A DNA stretch of 64,000 bases. Origin: Octopus sinensis (Eukaryota). The notes beneath the pieces were generated by a model, which did no database searches, was not told the DNA's origin, and worked only from the letters and a program-made list of their open reading frames with translations. This document shows, piece by piece, positions 1 to 15,587 of this stretch (the first letter of the stretch is position 1; each line of letters opens with the position of its first letter). Both the position numbers and the translations under genes were made by a program. The stretch covers positions 71,300,001 to 71,364,000 of the forward strand of contig NC_043007.1 in NCBI RefSeq assembly GCF_006345805.1, in the 5' to 3' direction.

Positions 1-258
1 TACATACATACACAAACATATATATACATACATACACACAAACAAACACACACATATATATCACAGTTTGTAAATGTGTGTGTGCACATGCACATGCACA
101 CACACACACATATATATGCATACACACACACACACACACACATATATGCATGCACACACAGATACTTGTATATACTTGTGTCTGTTATATGCATTTTCTA
201 TTGTGAATTTGACTTTGTTAAGATGTTCATTCTGGTCTGTTTTTGTTCGTTTCACCAG

Positions 259-372
259 GATCTCCTCTCCAAGGATGAAATGCTCCGCTACAATAAAACT
301 GGAAGCATCACAACATCACATATCCATCTCCATGATGCTGACAATATTCAGTTGGCATGTTCTTTATTTAAG
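259..372 (+). CDS. Exon 1 in window, start of MyTH4-1 ([38 protein letters not shown])
   Basis: ttcaccag acceptor, AAG|gtaaga donor, 114 nt, phase 0/0. It joins exon 2 as [14 protein letters not shown], the usual MyTH4 N-terminal pattern. Confidence 0.88.
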
Positions 373-1075
373 GTAAGATTATTTACTTTCAAACTTGATT
401 CACTGAATATATAAACTTTTCAAAGACCACTAATTGCAAGAATTTTATCATCATAATCTTCATCATCCTCATGATCATTATCATCACCATCATCATCATC
501 ATCATCATCATTATTATTATCATTATTATTATTGAGTGAGAGAGCAGTGCATGCCATCAAAGTGACACTGGGGTCAAATATACGAAACCCAGTATACCCA
601 TCATGACTACCCGTCTGATAAGGGTACACCAGGTACATGCATCACAACCATATGTGCATGACATGGTGATCTCATATCAAGATAAACAGCACATGACCTT
701 GCAGGTGGGGCCCAGTTGGAATTTTCTTCTGGTCAAGTCACCCATCCCACTCAAAAGGTCCCTGAATAAGGGTTGTTTAAGGATGTTGAACGAAACACCC
801 ATGTTTCCAGAGGTGAATTATTCAAACCCCAAAGAATTCCTCACAACACATGGCTATGATACTCCCCCTACTACTCCTGCTCTTGATCAGAGATGCACAT
901 ATTGTCAGCCACTAAGGGACATGCTACAGACAAGCAAGTCTGTGGTATTGAGCAGAATATTTGTTATAGCCCATCTTTTTATACCAAGAAAAAACATGTA
1001 CAAGATAATTAATTAATTAATTAAAATCAGAAGCCATGAGACCCAGTGTCTGATACTGCAACAGGGTATATGGCC

Positions 1076-1110
<35 letters not shown>

Positions 1111-4100
1111 GATATTTTTAGGGTCAATAGTATCAATTAACTCCCTCCCCCTCAAAACCGTTTGTCTTGTACCTAAATCACAAATCAAAAGCAGTGAGCT
1201 GGCAGGATCATTAGCATGCTGGACACAATGCTTAGTGGCATTTCTTCCAACTTTACGTTCTGAGTTCAAGTTCCACTAAGGTCAAGTGTGCCTTTCATCC
1301 TTTTGGTATCAATAAAATGAGTACCAGTAGAGCCCTTGGGTTAGTGTAATCAACTAGTTTTCTCCCCACAAAATTTCAGGCCTTGTGCTATTGGAGAAAG
1401 GATTATTATTATTGTTACTGGCTCTCAAAAGGAACAATCAATTCTTTTTTATTGATTTTTAATCATAGATCTACTAAATCAAAGCTGATTAAGAGCTAAG
1501 CAACAACTTAATTAGTCAAATTATGTTGGCCAAAATTTACATCAATTAAAATTTAAATGGAGACATGCAAAAGGATCTGATCTTCATCTTTGGTACTTAT
1601 TGTTAATAGGAATTATCTCTCTTTCATTATGGTTGCTAGCAGAAATGCTACCCTCTTTACAACTTTCTGCTAGTATATGTTGAATAAAAAAAATTCTAAT
1701 GTGTAAACAAATTGTGCATTTTATATCTTATGCATTTGTATGTAAGTGAATGAACTTGAAGTATAAAATTTCTATGTAACTTTGATATGAGAAATATAAT
1801 GTGAAAATGTTCATAAATATTCTCAAAGTATACCAAAGAAAAACTTTATCATGTATTTTTAATGAATTGAATAGTTAATTGAGAATGAGTGAGAGAGAGT
1901 TTTGCAAGGAAAAAAACTGAACCAAAGAATAAGAGAGAAAAGTTATAAGAATAGAGAAAGAGAAAGACTAAGAGAAATAGAAGTGACAAATAAAGAAATG
2001 GAAAGAGAGAGAAGGGAGTAAGACATTAAAAACATTATCTCACAGAAGAAGATTTTATCTCCTCGGGAATTAAAATTGAATCATACATTTAAAATCTTCC
2101 ATAGTACAAGGAGCATGAAAACCACATTTTAAGAATTTTCTACACAATGTAGACTTTAATTATTGCTTATTATTTTGGTCAATGTGCACACTTCTAACTA
2201 ATTAATAAACAGCTTTTGTCATTATTCTATAGAGAATTCTAATGATTAACAATTTTTTTTGGCTCACTACATTATGTTAACATGCATGTGACTGTGTATT
2301 CTTGAAGTAAAAAGCACCCTTGAGAAATTTTCCAACCCGTTTTCAGTCACCTCTACTTCTTATTGTTGAAACTCTGTAAAGCAATTGGCATTAGGAAAGG
2401 CAATCAGCCATATAAAGACCATGCCAAAACTGGCCTCACCAGTGCTGGTGCCACATGAGAAGCACCCAGTCCAATCAGCAAAGTGGTTCGCATTAGGAAG
2501 GGTGTCCAACCATAAAAACCATGCCAAAACAGACTATGGAACTTGGTACAGTACTTTGGCTTGCAGGTTCTGTCAAGCAATCCAATCCATGGCAGCATGG
2601 AAAATAGACATTAAATGATGATGATGATGATCATGATGGTGGTGGTGGTGGTGGTGGTGGTGGTCAACTTCAGTTCTTCACATATATGTTCTCTTTCAAT
2701 CGATCACATCATCATACAATACCTGTTCACCATTCTCTGTTTGAAATAGTTTAAAATGTTTTACTAATATTTCAAGTGATGCTCAGTCTACTTCAGTCTC
2801 ATAACCACATTGAACTATGCTTCATTTGTCAAGCCAATGAAGGAACCTTGAGGGAGTTGCTCAACCTACTAGAAATTGCAATTAAGTCTACCTTGTCACA
2901 CACTACTGTCTTTAAAATATGGAGGTGACCATTAAGTAGTATTAGATATAGTGAATATAAGACAAGATGGTCGCAGCTGGAATATTTTTGATCATAGGCT
3001 TGTCTGTTTTATCACTGCTATCCAGGGGTTAAATAACAAAATCCACTGTTTTGTTGTTTATTTAGCTGAACAAATAAAGAGAATGTTCCACTTGCTAATA
3101 TCATAATAGAGAAGAAAACAACCTCTCTCTTTTCCTCTCTCTCCCTCTCTCTTTGTATATAATATGTTTGTAGGGAGGGGATATGGTTTATGATTTTTCT
3201 TGGAAGATGAAGGTAGTTGCCTTCTGTCATTTAAAGTTTACCCTGTTAGTTTCCTGTTGTCTTGAGCTTACCCTTCATCCACAAGTTCTGTTTAACCTTT
3301 AGGGAAGGGAACTGATTCACATGATATCAAGATATGTCTACACACTTGTGGACTTATGTGATAGGTGCACAGGACCAAGTCCACCTTTGAATTCTGTACA
3401 TATCAGTCACAACCTAATTGTTTTACTGTACATGATGATCTTTAGATTTTTTAACCAAAACCCTTGAACACCCTAGAACACCCTATCAATAGCCTTATCA
3501 GTTGGGTGGAGAAAATTAACCCAATAAGTAATGCGGGAACAAGAAGAGATAGAAGTATGTATGATGCATGAAGAAGAAGAAAAAATATTCCAATGATTGG
3601 AAAAGAGAAACTACTAACTTCACACAATATTTTGTCATTTATTTTTACCTTTACTTTGCATTGCTTCTTTGCTTTTATTTGTACCCCCCCGGTAATGAAA
3701 TCTGAAGCCTTGTTCTGGGAAAGGTGTTTGTGTGTCCCCACACCTCCTTGGTCCATGAACTCCATAAACTGTCCTTTGAATGAAGAACTTTCTTTTCATG
3801 AAAACACTTTCCATTCATCAATAACTTCTCATTTTCTGTAAAAGCATTTTTTTTTCATGTTATTTTGTCCTTTTCTGTTTTAACACTAAATCTATAGTTT
3901 TGGAATAGCATATCAATAAACCTCTTTAATACCTTGAGCAGATCAATCACTCAATAATGTTTGAAAAAGTTGGCTGAACTTAAATGGAGATAGAAAAATA
4001 TAATTGATGTAATTTCTTAGTTTGTCTCCAACCAAAATAATTGGTTAGTTAAAGACAAAGCATGGGAAAAGTGTCTTGTGATGCTGCTTGTTAGGAAATC

Positions 4101-4531
4101 AAAGATTTATTCCTTCATAATTGAAATTTCTGGTCAATAGTCATGGCAACCACAACCGTAATAACTACAACAACAAAACAATGATGATAATAATAATGAT
4201 AAAGATAAGGATAATGACAATAATTTTTGACATTAATAATGATTCTGATGATAAAAATTATAATTCTAATCACAAATAATGTTGGTAACATTAAGAAAAT
4301 ATGTTTAACAATATTTATTTCTTGTTGGTTTGGAATCATTGAAAGGAAATGGAATATTCCATCAAAATATTGGAAAATTACTGTGCTGTGAATCAGGTGC
4401 TATAGAAAACTGTACAAGGTGAAATGATTGAATTTGACATACTTTTATTATTGAAAAGTTTTTGCTGAACACGAGAATATGTTGGCAAGGGATTTTCATT
4501 GACGTCAGAGAGGTTGTTTCCCTATATGGAA

Positions 4532-4581
<50 letters not shown>

Positions 4582-7131
4582 TGTTATTGTTATTATTATT
4601 TCCTGTGGCTAAACATAAGACTGCCTTCACAAAATGAGGAGGACTATGTTCGATTAAATTAACCCTAGTATGTTACTGATTATTATTTCATTAACCCTGG
4701 CATGATGAGAAATAAAGTCAGCCCTAACAGTTGTATTTATTTTAAATTTTACTTCAAATGGTGGGTGCTAGTGTTGTAGCAAGTTTTCCATCAGGCAAAT
4801 CAGAGGCTCATTGTATTTATGATAGCAATGCTGACAGGGAGTGTCTGTAATTTGGTGAAGAACAAACATCACAATGGAATTGCTTATGAATATATCTTCC
4901 ACCTATATCATTAGTAAATGATATTAATGCACACAAGTCTTGGTTTTTACAGTTTCTCTCTCAGAAATTAGTCAAACCAAGGCTATTATAGACATTTATT
5001 AAAGGCTATGTGTAATGTATTTGAACTTGGAGCTATATGGTTGTGAATAAAATTTCTTTACTGCACATCAATGCTCTTTAGTGTCAGCATAATCTCCACT
5101 GTTATCTATTGGAGACTAATGAGTAAAGGGATAAAGACCAGCAGTCACCTGTGCATACCAGCTCCTGCCTCCCCACCACTGATGTTTTTTAAGGGAAAGG
5201 CAAAGACTGATACAGTTTGGCACCAGTGATGTCGCAACTCATTTCTACAGCTGAGTGGACTGGAGCAATGTGAAATAAAGTGTCTTGCTCAAGAACACAA
5301 CACAGAGCTTGGTCTGGAAATTGAACTCACTACCTCATGATTGTGGGCCCAACACTCTTACCACTGAGCCATGCACCTTCACACATGAAGGAGAGTAATG
5401 AAAGAAACTTAATAAAAAGCATAAAATTTCACCAGAAATGATAGACAAAGAATTTCAGTTGTTCTTTAAGAATTTGTTTAACTTAACATTTGATGATTGT
5501 CCAAGTGTCATGACCAAATTGCATTCAGTAATATGATAATCCTAGGAACAGTTTTTGTAAAATAGTTATTGATTCTTTAAGAGGCATTGTTTAGTTGGTA
5601 AATAACTTTGGTATAGCTCCTCCAGTCAAGCAAAGAGTATAATTTAGCAGTTATTCAGTTTGTAGGGATGCTACATCATAACAACATGCGTGGTCATGCA
5701 TTACTCCTTGTCAGTGACATTTTGGTAAAGCATGAAGCAACTGTCATACTTTGCTTGTTCTCTCTGGATTTGACCCCAACAGAATTGATTTGTTCCCAAA
5801 CTTGAAATTCACATTAAAAGGTCGTTAATTTTAGATAATGGAAGACTTTCAAGGAAGTTTGCCCTAGCCTTGAAAATATATTTCAGTGCAGATTCCAAAA
5901 CTTCAAAGACATTGGGAGGAGTGATGTCATCAGTGGAGGCTCCAATCTTGATTTGGCAGAGTTTCTACAGTTGGATGCCCTTCCTAATACCAACCACTCT
6001 GAGAGTGTAGTGGATGCTTTTTACGTGCCACCGGCATGGGGGTCAGTCAGGCGGTACTGGCAACGACCTCGCTCGAATCTTTTTACACATGCCACCAGCA
6101 CAGGTGCCAGTAAAGCGATGTTGGTAACGATTCACGCTCAAATGGTGCCCTTTTATGTGCCACCAGTATGGAAGCCAGTTGGCTGCTCTGGCAACGATCA
6201 CGCTCAGCTTTAAGGAAGATCATCCAGCCATTGAACCATGTTGTAGTCTTCATATTCTTTCAGATTCTGTCAAACCATTCAACTCATGCTGCTATAATCA
6301 AAGACACTTGCCCAACATGTCATGCAGTGAGACTGAACCCCCCAAACACCATTATTACAAAGCAAGTATCTTAATCACAGAACCATGTTTGCACTTATAT
6401 ATACATACAGATATATATGTATTTACATAATGTCATAAATAACAGAAAAATAATTTGTTGAAATTATATTAGACAATAAGAAAATTCTAGTATTGCAACA
6501 AATTGTTTCATAACTTAAAACATGTAACTTAAAACATATATATTATTATATTTAATAATAAATTACTTATGTATCTGCAGTAATGCAAAATGCAAAATCC
6601 TTCAAAATAATGTAAAATTTAAGCTACATCCTCAGGTAAAAGAAAGTCTTTGCTAAATACTAAATTACACACACACTCACACACAAAATGCAATTCTAAT
6701 GACCTTTAGCCTCAATATAACCCCACTCCCTATCCCCCACTGACAATCAAGGTTGGTTGAGATCTACCTAATATATGTCTCACATCCTCCCCCTCTGCCT
6801 TTCTTTCCCCCTCCCACCTATATTCATTGACACTCTTACCAATCCAACCCTAAACATCCCCACCCTGAGATTTCAGGAGAACTGTTTCACTTGACAAAAC
6901 ATTCACATGGTCACCTGCCTGGACCAGACCTGATGTCATTTTGGTAAACTTGTATAAAACGATATCAAAAGAATTTTTTGTACAAAATATAAGGAAAATG
7001 AAATTTTCCTCATGGATATAGTATAGATATAACAATGAAACTGTAACAAAATATAAAATATTTTATATATATCATCTAAAAAGGAAGAGATTTCTGAATC
7101 ACCCTTTACACACAAACACACACACAAAACA

Positions 7132-7181
<50 letters not shown>

Positions 7182-8328
7182 TACATACACATATCTGCAT
7201 GCACACACATATATCTGTTTGCACATACAAATATATATGTGTGTATGTGCATATGTATATGTGTGTGTGTGTGTATGTTTATATATATACACATACACAA
7301 ACATACACAAACACATGTATACACATATATATATATATATTGCTTCTGGTAAACCACCAACAGAGATTTATATAAATATGTATCTAAATATATATATATA
7401 TAAATCTATATAATGTATACACACACACACACATGCACATACATATTCATATTATTTATATATCAAATTATATATCAAAATAGCATGTATTCATTATTTG
7501 TATATGTATGCCTATATGTACATGTGTGCATATCTGTATAAGATTTCGTATGTGCGTACGTACGTACGTGTATGCATCCGTCTTTAATAGATTTCAGTGA
7601 TGCTTCTACTAGAACAATGTTAGTGAAGCTGCTATTAACAATCTTTGGATGTGTGTAGAGGGGAGAAAGGTTAACTAAATATGTGGATGCAATCGAGCAT
7701 TGTGAAAGTGTGAAAGTGCCATGAGTGAGTGGAGGTGAAGTGAAATGTTCTCAAGGTAGTTTTCAGCATTGATTTGCTTACTACAAGGCTGAACCAGTCG
7801 ATATAGCAGCGAGAGAGAGAGAGAGAGAGATAGGTAGAGAGAGAAGAGCATCAATAAGTAGATTACTGCTGCTGCTGGATCTTCTCCATACAGCGAATAA
7901 ACATTCATCAATGTTGGTGACATATATTAATAGAACCAGAATGTTGCATAGGCCTTCGAACTAGGACATAAATGCAATAGCACTAGGAAGTTGTCATGTT
8001 GTAATTAGAACATTAGTGTGGTACCATAGTAGTAAAGACTATAGTACTATCGGGTCTGAGACGGGGGGAAATTACTAACGACTGGGAATTAATGCTTTCC
8101 ACATACCTGTGTCTTTTGCATGTTTAGGGAATTTTATACATGAGTAGCAACACTATTTTTGATGGCATGCTCTTTTGCCATTACATAAACACAGATATTC
8201 ATGTCAGGTTCTAATTTTGATGTGCATCTTTTTGCATCTTGAGAATATAGCTTTATATATTACACATATATATACATATGCATACACACACACACACACA
8301 CACCCACACCCACACACATATACACACA

Positions 8329-8427
<99 letters not shown>

Positions 8428-8870
8428 ATACATTCATACATGCATACATATGTACATACATACTGCACACACATATATATCATTAATCTTTTACCTGTTT
8501 CAGTCATTAGACTGTGACCATACTGGGGCATTGCCTTGAAGAAGTTTTAGTTGAATAAATCAACCCCAGTAACTGATACTTATTCTATTGGTCCTTTTTG
8601 CTGAACTGCTAAGTTACAAGGACAAAAACACACCAACACTGGTTGTCAAGTGGTAGTGGGGGACAAACAGACATGAACACACACAAATGGTTTTTTTCAA
8701 TTTCTGTCAACGAATCCACTCACAAGCCTTTGGTTGACCAGTGGATATAGTGGAAGACACTTGCCCATGGTGACACACAACTGGACTGAACCCAGAACTA
8801 TGTGATATAGAAACAAGCCACTTACTACACAGCCACACACACATGCACACACACACACACACACGCACAT

Positions 8871-8908
<38 letters not shown>

Positions 8909-10215
8909 TTAACATCCGCTTTCCATGCTAGCATGGGTTGGACGGTTCAACTGGGGTCTGAGGAGCCCAAGGCTGCACCAGGCCAGTCAGAGGTAGTATT
9001 TTTTTGTCTTCGTGCAATGTGTAGTACTTATAACTAGAACTCTTATAATCTGTTAATAACGTTTAGAGTAAAAATATTTCAATTAGTTGTGGTTAACAAT
9101 TCTTTTTGTCCTTCAGATTTGCTAACTAAAACCTCTGTTTAACAAAATTTCTGAGATAATGTAACTTTTAATCATGAACTGACAAAGATTATTAGCAAAG
9201 GCTGTAAAACAACTGTAGATAAATAAAAGTATGGAAACTTAAGCATCAAAGTAACCTCTACATGATTGCTCAACTTTCAGAAAAAGCAGCCAAATTTCCC
9301 TCAACTTGCATCATATTATCTTTGTTACTGTAGTCCAAGGCATATTGCTAAAAAGGCAGGATGTTCTTGGCTGAAATGCCATTGATAAATCAGCTTAAGA
9401 TTGATCTGATTAAGGTTAACAACAACAGTTAGAAAATCAATTGCTGCTCAGCATTTATTATTATTATTATAATCATCATCATCATCATCATCGTTTATTG
9501 TCTGCTTTCCATGCTGGCATAGGTTGGACGGTTTGACTGAGGACTGGAGAGCCAGATGGCTGCACCAGTCTCCAGTCTGATCTGGCAGAGTTTCTATAGC
9601 TGGATGCCCTTCCTAATGCTAACCACTCCTACTAGTAAAAATAAAACTGAGACATTAAAACGAATGTATTTGGTTGCACTCATATGCCATTCAAGAATTG
9701 GTTAATGGATGCAGTTGTGGAATGCCCTAGCCCAACCTTATAGTAGATTAGTGTTTAGCAACAAGATAATAATATATATTTAGTAGACAAGTGCATTTTT
9801 TTTAGTGACAGAAGTGTGTTTCTGTGTGTCTCTAGAAATAAATTTTGGAAAAGTAGTAGATTTATAACTGAGATATAGCATAATATATAATATATATATA
9901 GTGTGGACTTGAAACAAGTTGAGTATGAATAAGCTCAGAAAATGACTGGGTATAAGGACTATTGATCAGTGAATTCAAGAAGAGTGATTGTGTTGCTATG
10001 GGCTTTTAATGGGAAAGAAGAAAATTGATTTTTAAATAAATATAGAACTATAAACTTTGGTTGTAAGAGTTAGCAATGGCAGGAAGAGATCAAAGAAATC
10101 ATAACAAGGTAGATATCTTATCTTAGATTAGAAGTCAACAGATCATATTGCAAAGAATAGTGACCAAGGCATTAAACGTATCCTATTGTTACTACAACTG
10201 CTAGTCAGGACAATA

Positions 10216-10246
<31 letters not shown>

Positions 10247-13200
10247 CACTGACAATGCCACTCATGATGATTATGACAATAAATGCAATAGTAATTGACA
10301 ATATTGACTGGTATATGATAGTTCCATTGACATACTAAATACATTTGTCGTTTAAATCTACATTGGTTATATAAAACAACAGTTTAATTATGATATTGGT
10401 TACAGAAGTTAGATTGGAATATACTTTGGTTATTGAAAACCTTTAATCGTGCTATGGAATTACATTTAGCCAACATGATTGTGTTATTAACAACTAGATC
10501 AAACAGCTAACACAGTTGATTTTTTTAAAAATTCATTTTTCTATCTTGTTGCAGCTCAACTCCATGAACAACTTTAAACATTAAATACCATAAAGCATTT
10601 TAGTCTCTCTCCAATTTTAAATATCAACTGCTTAAATCTGAAATTCTCTCTAATTACACAAAGATTTCTGTAATGTCTGTCTCTTCAATCAATTAATCAT
10701 TTGATTGTAATGCTTCTTTATAATATTTTCAGTTAATTCTATTTTGTGTTAATATGTGAATATTATTTCATCTGCTTACTGTTGAACATTCTACATACAA
10801 GTGACCCTGAGAGAAATTGTGACTCAAAATTAAAATTGACTCCTTTAAGAGATCAATGTTGATGTTTCTGACTTCACTGTAGTCTCTTAATAAACTGATA
10901 GGAAGAACTGCTCCATATTTGTTTCATTGATTCTTATTAAAACTATCCTCACTGTGCTTCAACTCTTGCAGGGGACTTACAATATTAGTTTTGCAGAGCC
11001 TGTTTCACACTATTTTAAGTTACTAGAAGTTATACAGCAGTTCAGTCATCAAACAAAAAAGACTTGAGACTTTAAATATTTGGTCCTTTATATAGTTAAT
11101 AGGCAAAAGATTACTTGACCTGAGCAGTCTGAATAATGATTTATATGGATCAGAATTGGTAGAAATGTTTGATAATATAACAATAAACATTAAGGCAGAG
11201 AACTGGCAGAACTGTTAGCATGTTGGGAAAATTGCTTAGCAGATTCTCTTCTGATTTAACATACTGTGTTCAAATGCTGTCAAGGTCAGCTTCGCCTTTC
11301 ATCCTTTCAGGATTGATAAAATAAGTACCAGTTGAACACTAGGCTAAATGTAATTGACTCTCTCCCACTGAAATTGCTGGTCAAGTGCCAAAATTTGAAA
11401 CCAATATAACATCAAATATTACAAAAGAAATGGGAATTAAAACCAATACATGTGACATGAAGTTTTAGTGTTTCATTTTGTCTCTTGAGATTTGAATGCA
11501 TTTTCATTCAAGAAATACTATTCAAGAGTATAAAATGTGGAAGCAAAATAATGTCGCAATATTCATAAAAATGATTAAAGCCATTTTGGAAAATGTGTGT
11601 ATATAAGAAAAATATGCAAGAAAATCAGTGGCAGTGTAACAGCTTGTGCCACCTGAAACAGCCCTTGAGTTTTCTAACCTCCATCTCTGGAGTCCAAGCC
11701 TATACAATCTTATAGGTGCCAACCTCCTAAGCTGCACTACTTCAGTGGATATTCACAAAATTTACTTAAGTAGAATAATAATGTTCTCACAAATTGAGTC
11801 ATTGTATTCATTTGAAAGAAGGTGTTTTTCTTTTCTTTTAACTATACAAAGGCAGAGGATTATGAAGACATGAGCATTGCCATATGACTAAAAGGTTTGT
11901 TTCACAACTACATGGGACTAGGTCTAATCCTATTACAAGTTACTTTGAGCTAGTGTCTTCTGCAACTGCTTTGGGCATGGAATTTGATAAACAAAAGCAA
12001 AGTTTACCCCAGCAAAATTTGGATTGAGAATTTCAAGATGGACAAAATTCTGCTAAGCATTTTACCTGGTGCACTAACGATTCTTTTCTACTCTAAACAC
12101 AATGCTTGAAATTTTGGGGGAGAGGGCCAGTCAATTAGATCATCACCAATATGCAACTGGTACTTAATTTATTGACCCCGAAAGGATGAAAGGCAAAGTG
12201 GACCTTGGGAGAATTTGAACTCAGAACATAAAGACAGACGAAATACTGCTAAGCATTTCGCTTGGCGTGCTAGCAATTCTGCCAGCTCACTGCCTTATTC
12301 CATACACGCTTACAAATATTGATAGTATTCTCCACACTGAGTGTTTGTAATTGCTATTGTAGCTTACCCATACGAAAACTTATACTTCTTAGTTCACTGT
12401 TGCATTTACTACAATTAATCAACCGAAATGTTAAGTAGTTGGCATTAAGCTGGAGTAAATAATTCCTGAATATATTCAAATATAAAGAGGTTGCAAATTC
12501 ATGGAAATATAAAGTCTTTTATTCCTTTACTGGATATAGTCATTGGACTGGAACAATCCTGAGACAATTCTTTCAAGGGGATTTTGATCTTTTAAGCAAT
12601 TGTAGTGACCTCCAATATTTATTTTACCAATCCTGAAAGAATCAAAGACTAAATTTTCCTGGGTAACAGAGTGATAACTGTGTCAGAGCAAAATGCTACA
12701 ATGTCTTTTTTTTGTCTCACTGCACCACATTTGTTTACCTGAAATTAATACACACACACACACACACGTGTGTGTATGTGTATACATTCATTCATTCATT
12801 CATTCATACATACATACATAGACGAAAAGAAGCGATGGTTTTTAAGAAGTGAAGATATGTCAGATATTCCAAAGATTCTCCATCTGAGATTCTCCATCTG
12901 AGATTCTCTAGGTGAATAGATTCATACACTCGAGTGTGTGAATCAACAGCTTAACCAACACAACACTTCAACCACATATTTACAAATACTGGGAACTTTT
13001 TTGACTGAAAATGTCTTGTCACTTTGTTAGTAACTGGCTTGAACTCTCTTTAAAAAAACTTAAGAAAAACATACATGCATACTTACAAAGAAAACACATC
13101 ATACATATGTATGCACATACATACATACATACATACATACATACATACATACATACATACATAAACACACACACACATATCTTATGAGGTTCCACACAGT

Positions 13201-15539
13201 TTCCAAGTTTCCCTCACAAAGTAGTGATGAACTTTTAGGTAGAAACACTTGCCTATTATGTCATGTTTTGGGATCAAACCAGAGCCCTGTAAGTGGAAAC
13301 TTCCCAAACATCATTTCATTTACTTATTTACTTGAAGCCTAAATGTCAATATTTTTATATAATATTCTGTATTATTTACACAAATCTATCTCTGAAATAT
13401 CTGAAATATTTTTACTACTAGTCAAGCAAATTACTTAGTCTTCTCTAATTATCTTTTAGTTTGTAATTGTTTTTATTTTAACTGATTTCACAAGTAAGAG
13501 GCTAATCAGTAAATGTATCTCTCGTCTTATTAAGAAATTGCTCTTAATCTATCTGTAAAACAATTTATCTTTCATTAAGTTAAATTAAATAATAGATTTA
13601 AACAAGATACCAGTTTAAAAAGATTGAAGGTGAAAATACTTGCTTTATAAATATATTCTATCACTAGATTTGAGTCTCCTAATTTGGTGTTCCAATTTAT
13701 GATGAGTTAGCATATTATTTAATTAGATTTCATCTAATTCTGAACCAAAGTATTAAATATTGATTTAAGTTTGCTATAATTTTATTCCTTTTAGGTTTAT
13801 GGGCAAATAATCAAAATTCGTCTTTTAATCTTAAACATGTGTAGGGTTTTTTTAGTGAAGGAGTGAGTAAATATAGCACTAACTATATTGAACTATTACA
13901 AATATGCCATAATTGGCAATTTTATTGATAACTATGGAAGTATTTTTCTATTAGTTTAGCATATTACTTAAAAGGTAAAGGTTATTGAATTTCTAACATG
14001 GTTTATCTTTATTTTTAAGGAAATGCAATGAAATATTATTGGACAATTTGAAAATCAAGAATACACATTTGTAATTTTCTGTGTACAGGCCTTCCCTTTA
14101 TTTTACCCTCTGCAAAAACAGATACCTGGTTTTCATCTCATCCTTGTAAAAGATTGATATATTTGCATCTCCTTAAGTCAGGCTTTTATTTCAGACAAAC
14201 AGTTAATTAAGTTGTAATATCTCATATATTTACCTTCAATGATGATGATAGCCTTAATTGAAATAATGAAAATTATTTTATCATGGCCAGGCCCACGGAA
14301 GAAATCAACACTGAAAACTGCAAAACATTTTTCAGTTATAAATCACTAGAGTATCCCCTCAAAATGTTCCTATTTACATAGCACTGACAAAGCAAAGGTG
14401 TACATAATATTTTGGTCATGGACTCTGTGTTGTGTCAGTCTTCAGATACAAGCCATCCGTGGTTTGTTTGCAAGTATAATGTAATTTTACAAAAGTAATT
14501 ATTATCAGTGTTAATTGGCCATAAAATATTCCCTTGTCCTATTTAGTTGAGCGCTCATTCACTTTAATTATTTCTTATGCTGCAAGCAAGATCTTAAATT
14601 CTAAATTCCCATAACCATTTGTGTTCTAATATCTTTGATTTCTTTTCTTATCATGAAATTTGATTTGAATACATTGAGCAGAAAATATCCAAAATTCAGT
14701 AAATTCACTTATTAATGGCTTGCTTAAATGTTATGCTTAAAAAAGCCACTCACCATGTTGCTTTTACTGCAGCTTACTTTACTGCCTTCTAATAATGTCC
14801 TTTGTTTTTATGAATGATGTTTCTAAGATTTTCGCCTCTTACAAAGTGATCAAAGCTAAATTTCAATGTGAAGAATTCCATTTAGATTTTGTAAAATAAG
14901 AAAAAGTATTTGCTTTCTAAAGTAGATATAGTGGCCATAAATTATGCAATGTTTACTGGGGAAAATTTGCAGGAAATATATTGATTACCTCTTCATTATA
15001 AAACAATATGTTTAATGGTTAGATTTAATCATCAGCTGCTGAAATATATTTCTGTTCTTCCTAACTTTCTTTTTCTAAGGTTTTGGGAAACATTAAAAGT
15101 GTAAATTATTGAAAAAAATAAAAGTAGGGTTTTTATGCAAGATGATTTATAATTATTGTATGAAATATATTGGTTTTTCCTAACAACATATCTTTTAAAT
15201 AAATTTGCAGTTTCAGCATAATTATCATTGTTTATTTTATCTAGCTCTGAATTTTAAGTAACATTTCAAATGAAATACCATTCCAAATGTGACAGTATTT
15301 CTACTTGGAATGTCAGTTATTTTCTCATTGAGCAAAATGTCAGGTTGCAGATATAACAACTGATTAATAAGACAAATATCTATGATATTTGATGGTTATT
15401 TAGAAGTCAGTGTTTCTTGTATGATCTGCTAGACTGTTAACTAATAATGTCCATTTTTGCAATATGGCACCTTTTGACTGAATTGAACTTTAAATACTCT
15501 TATACTTACTATTTAAGAAATAAACATGTCATCATCGTT

Positions 15540-15587
<48 letters not shown>

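Noticed and set aside
61-255. Low-complexity ORFs (poly-HT, CV, YI, I, N, L, H) here and throughout the ORF track
   Set aside because: They are translations of CA/TG/TA/ATT/ATC microsatellites with no coding signal.
603-1016. 137-aa ORF
   Set aside because: It lies within the 534-1075 repeat, has no recognisable domain and no phase-compatible splice sites.
11522-11873. Overlapping 71/75-aa ORFs in intron 1 as a nested gene
   Set aside because: Both start at GTG, show no domain similarity I can recognise and have no supporting exons.
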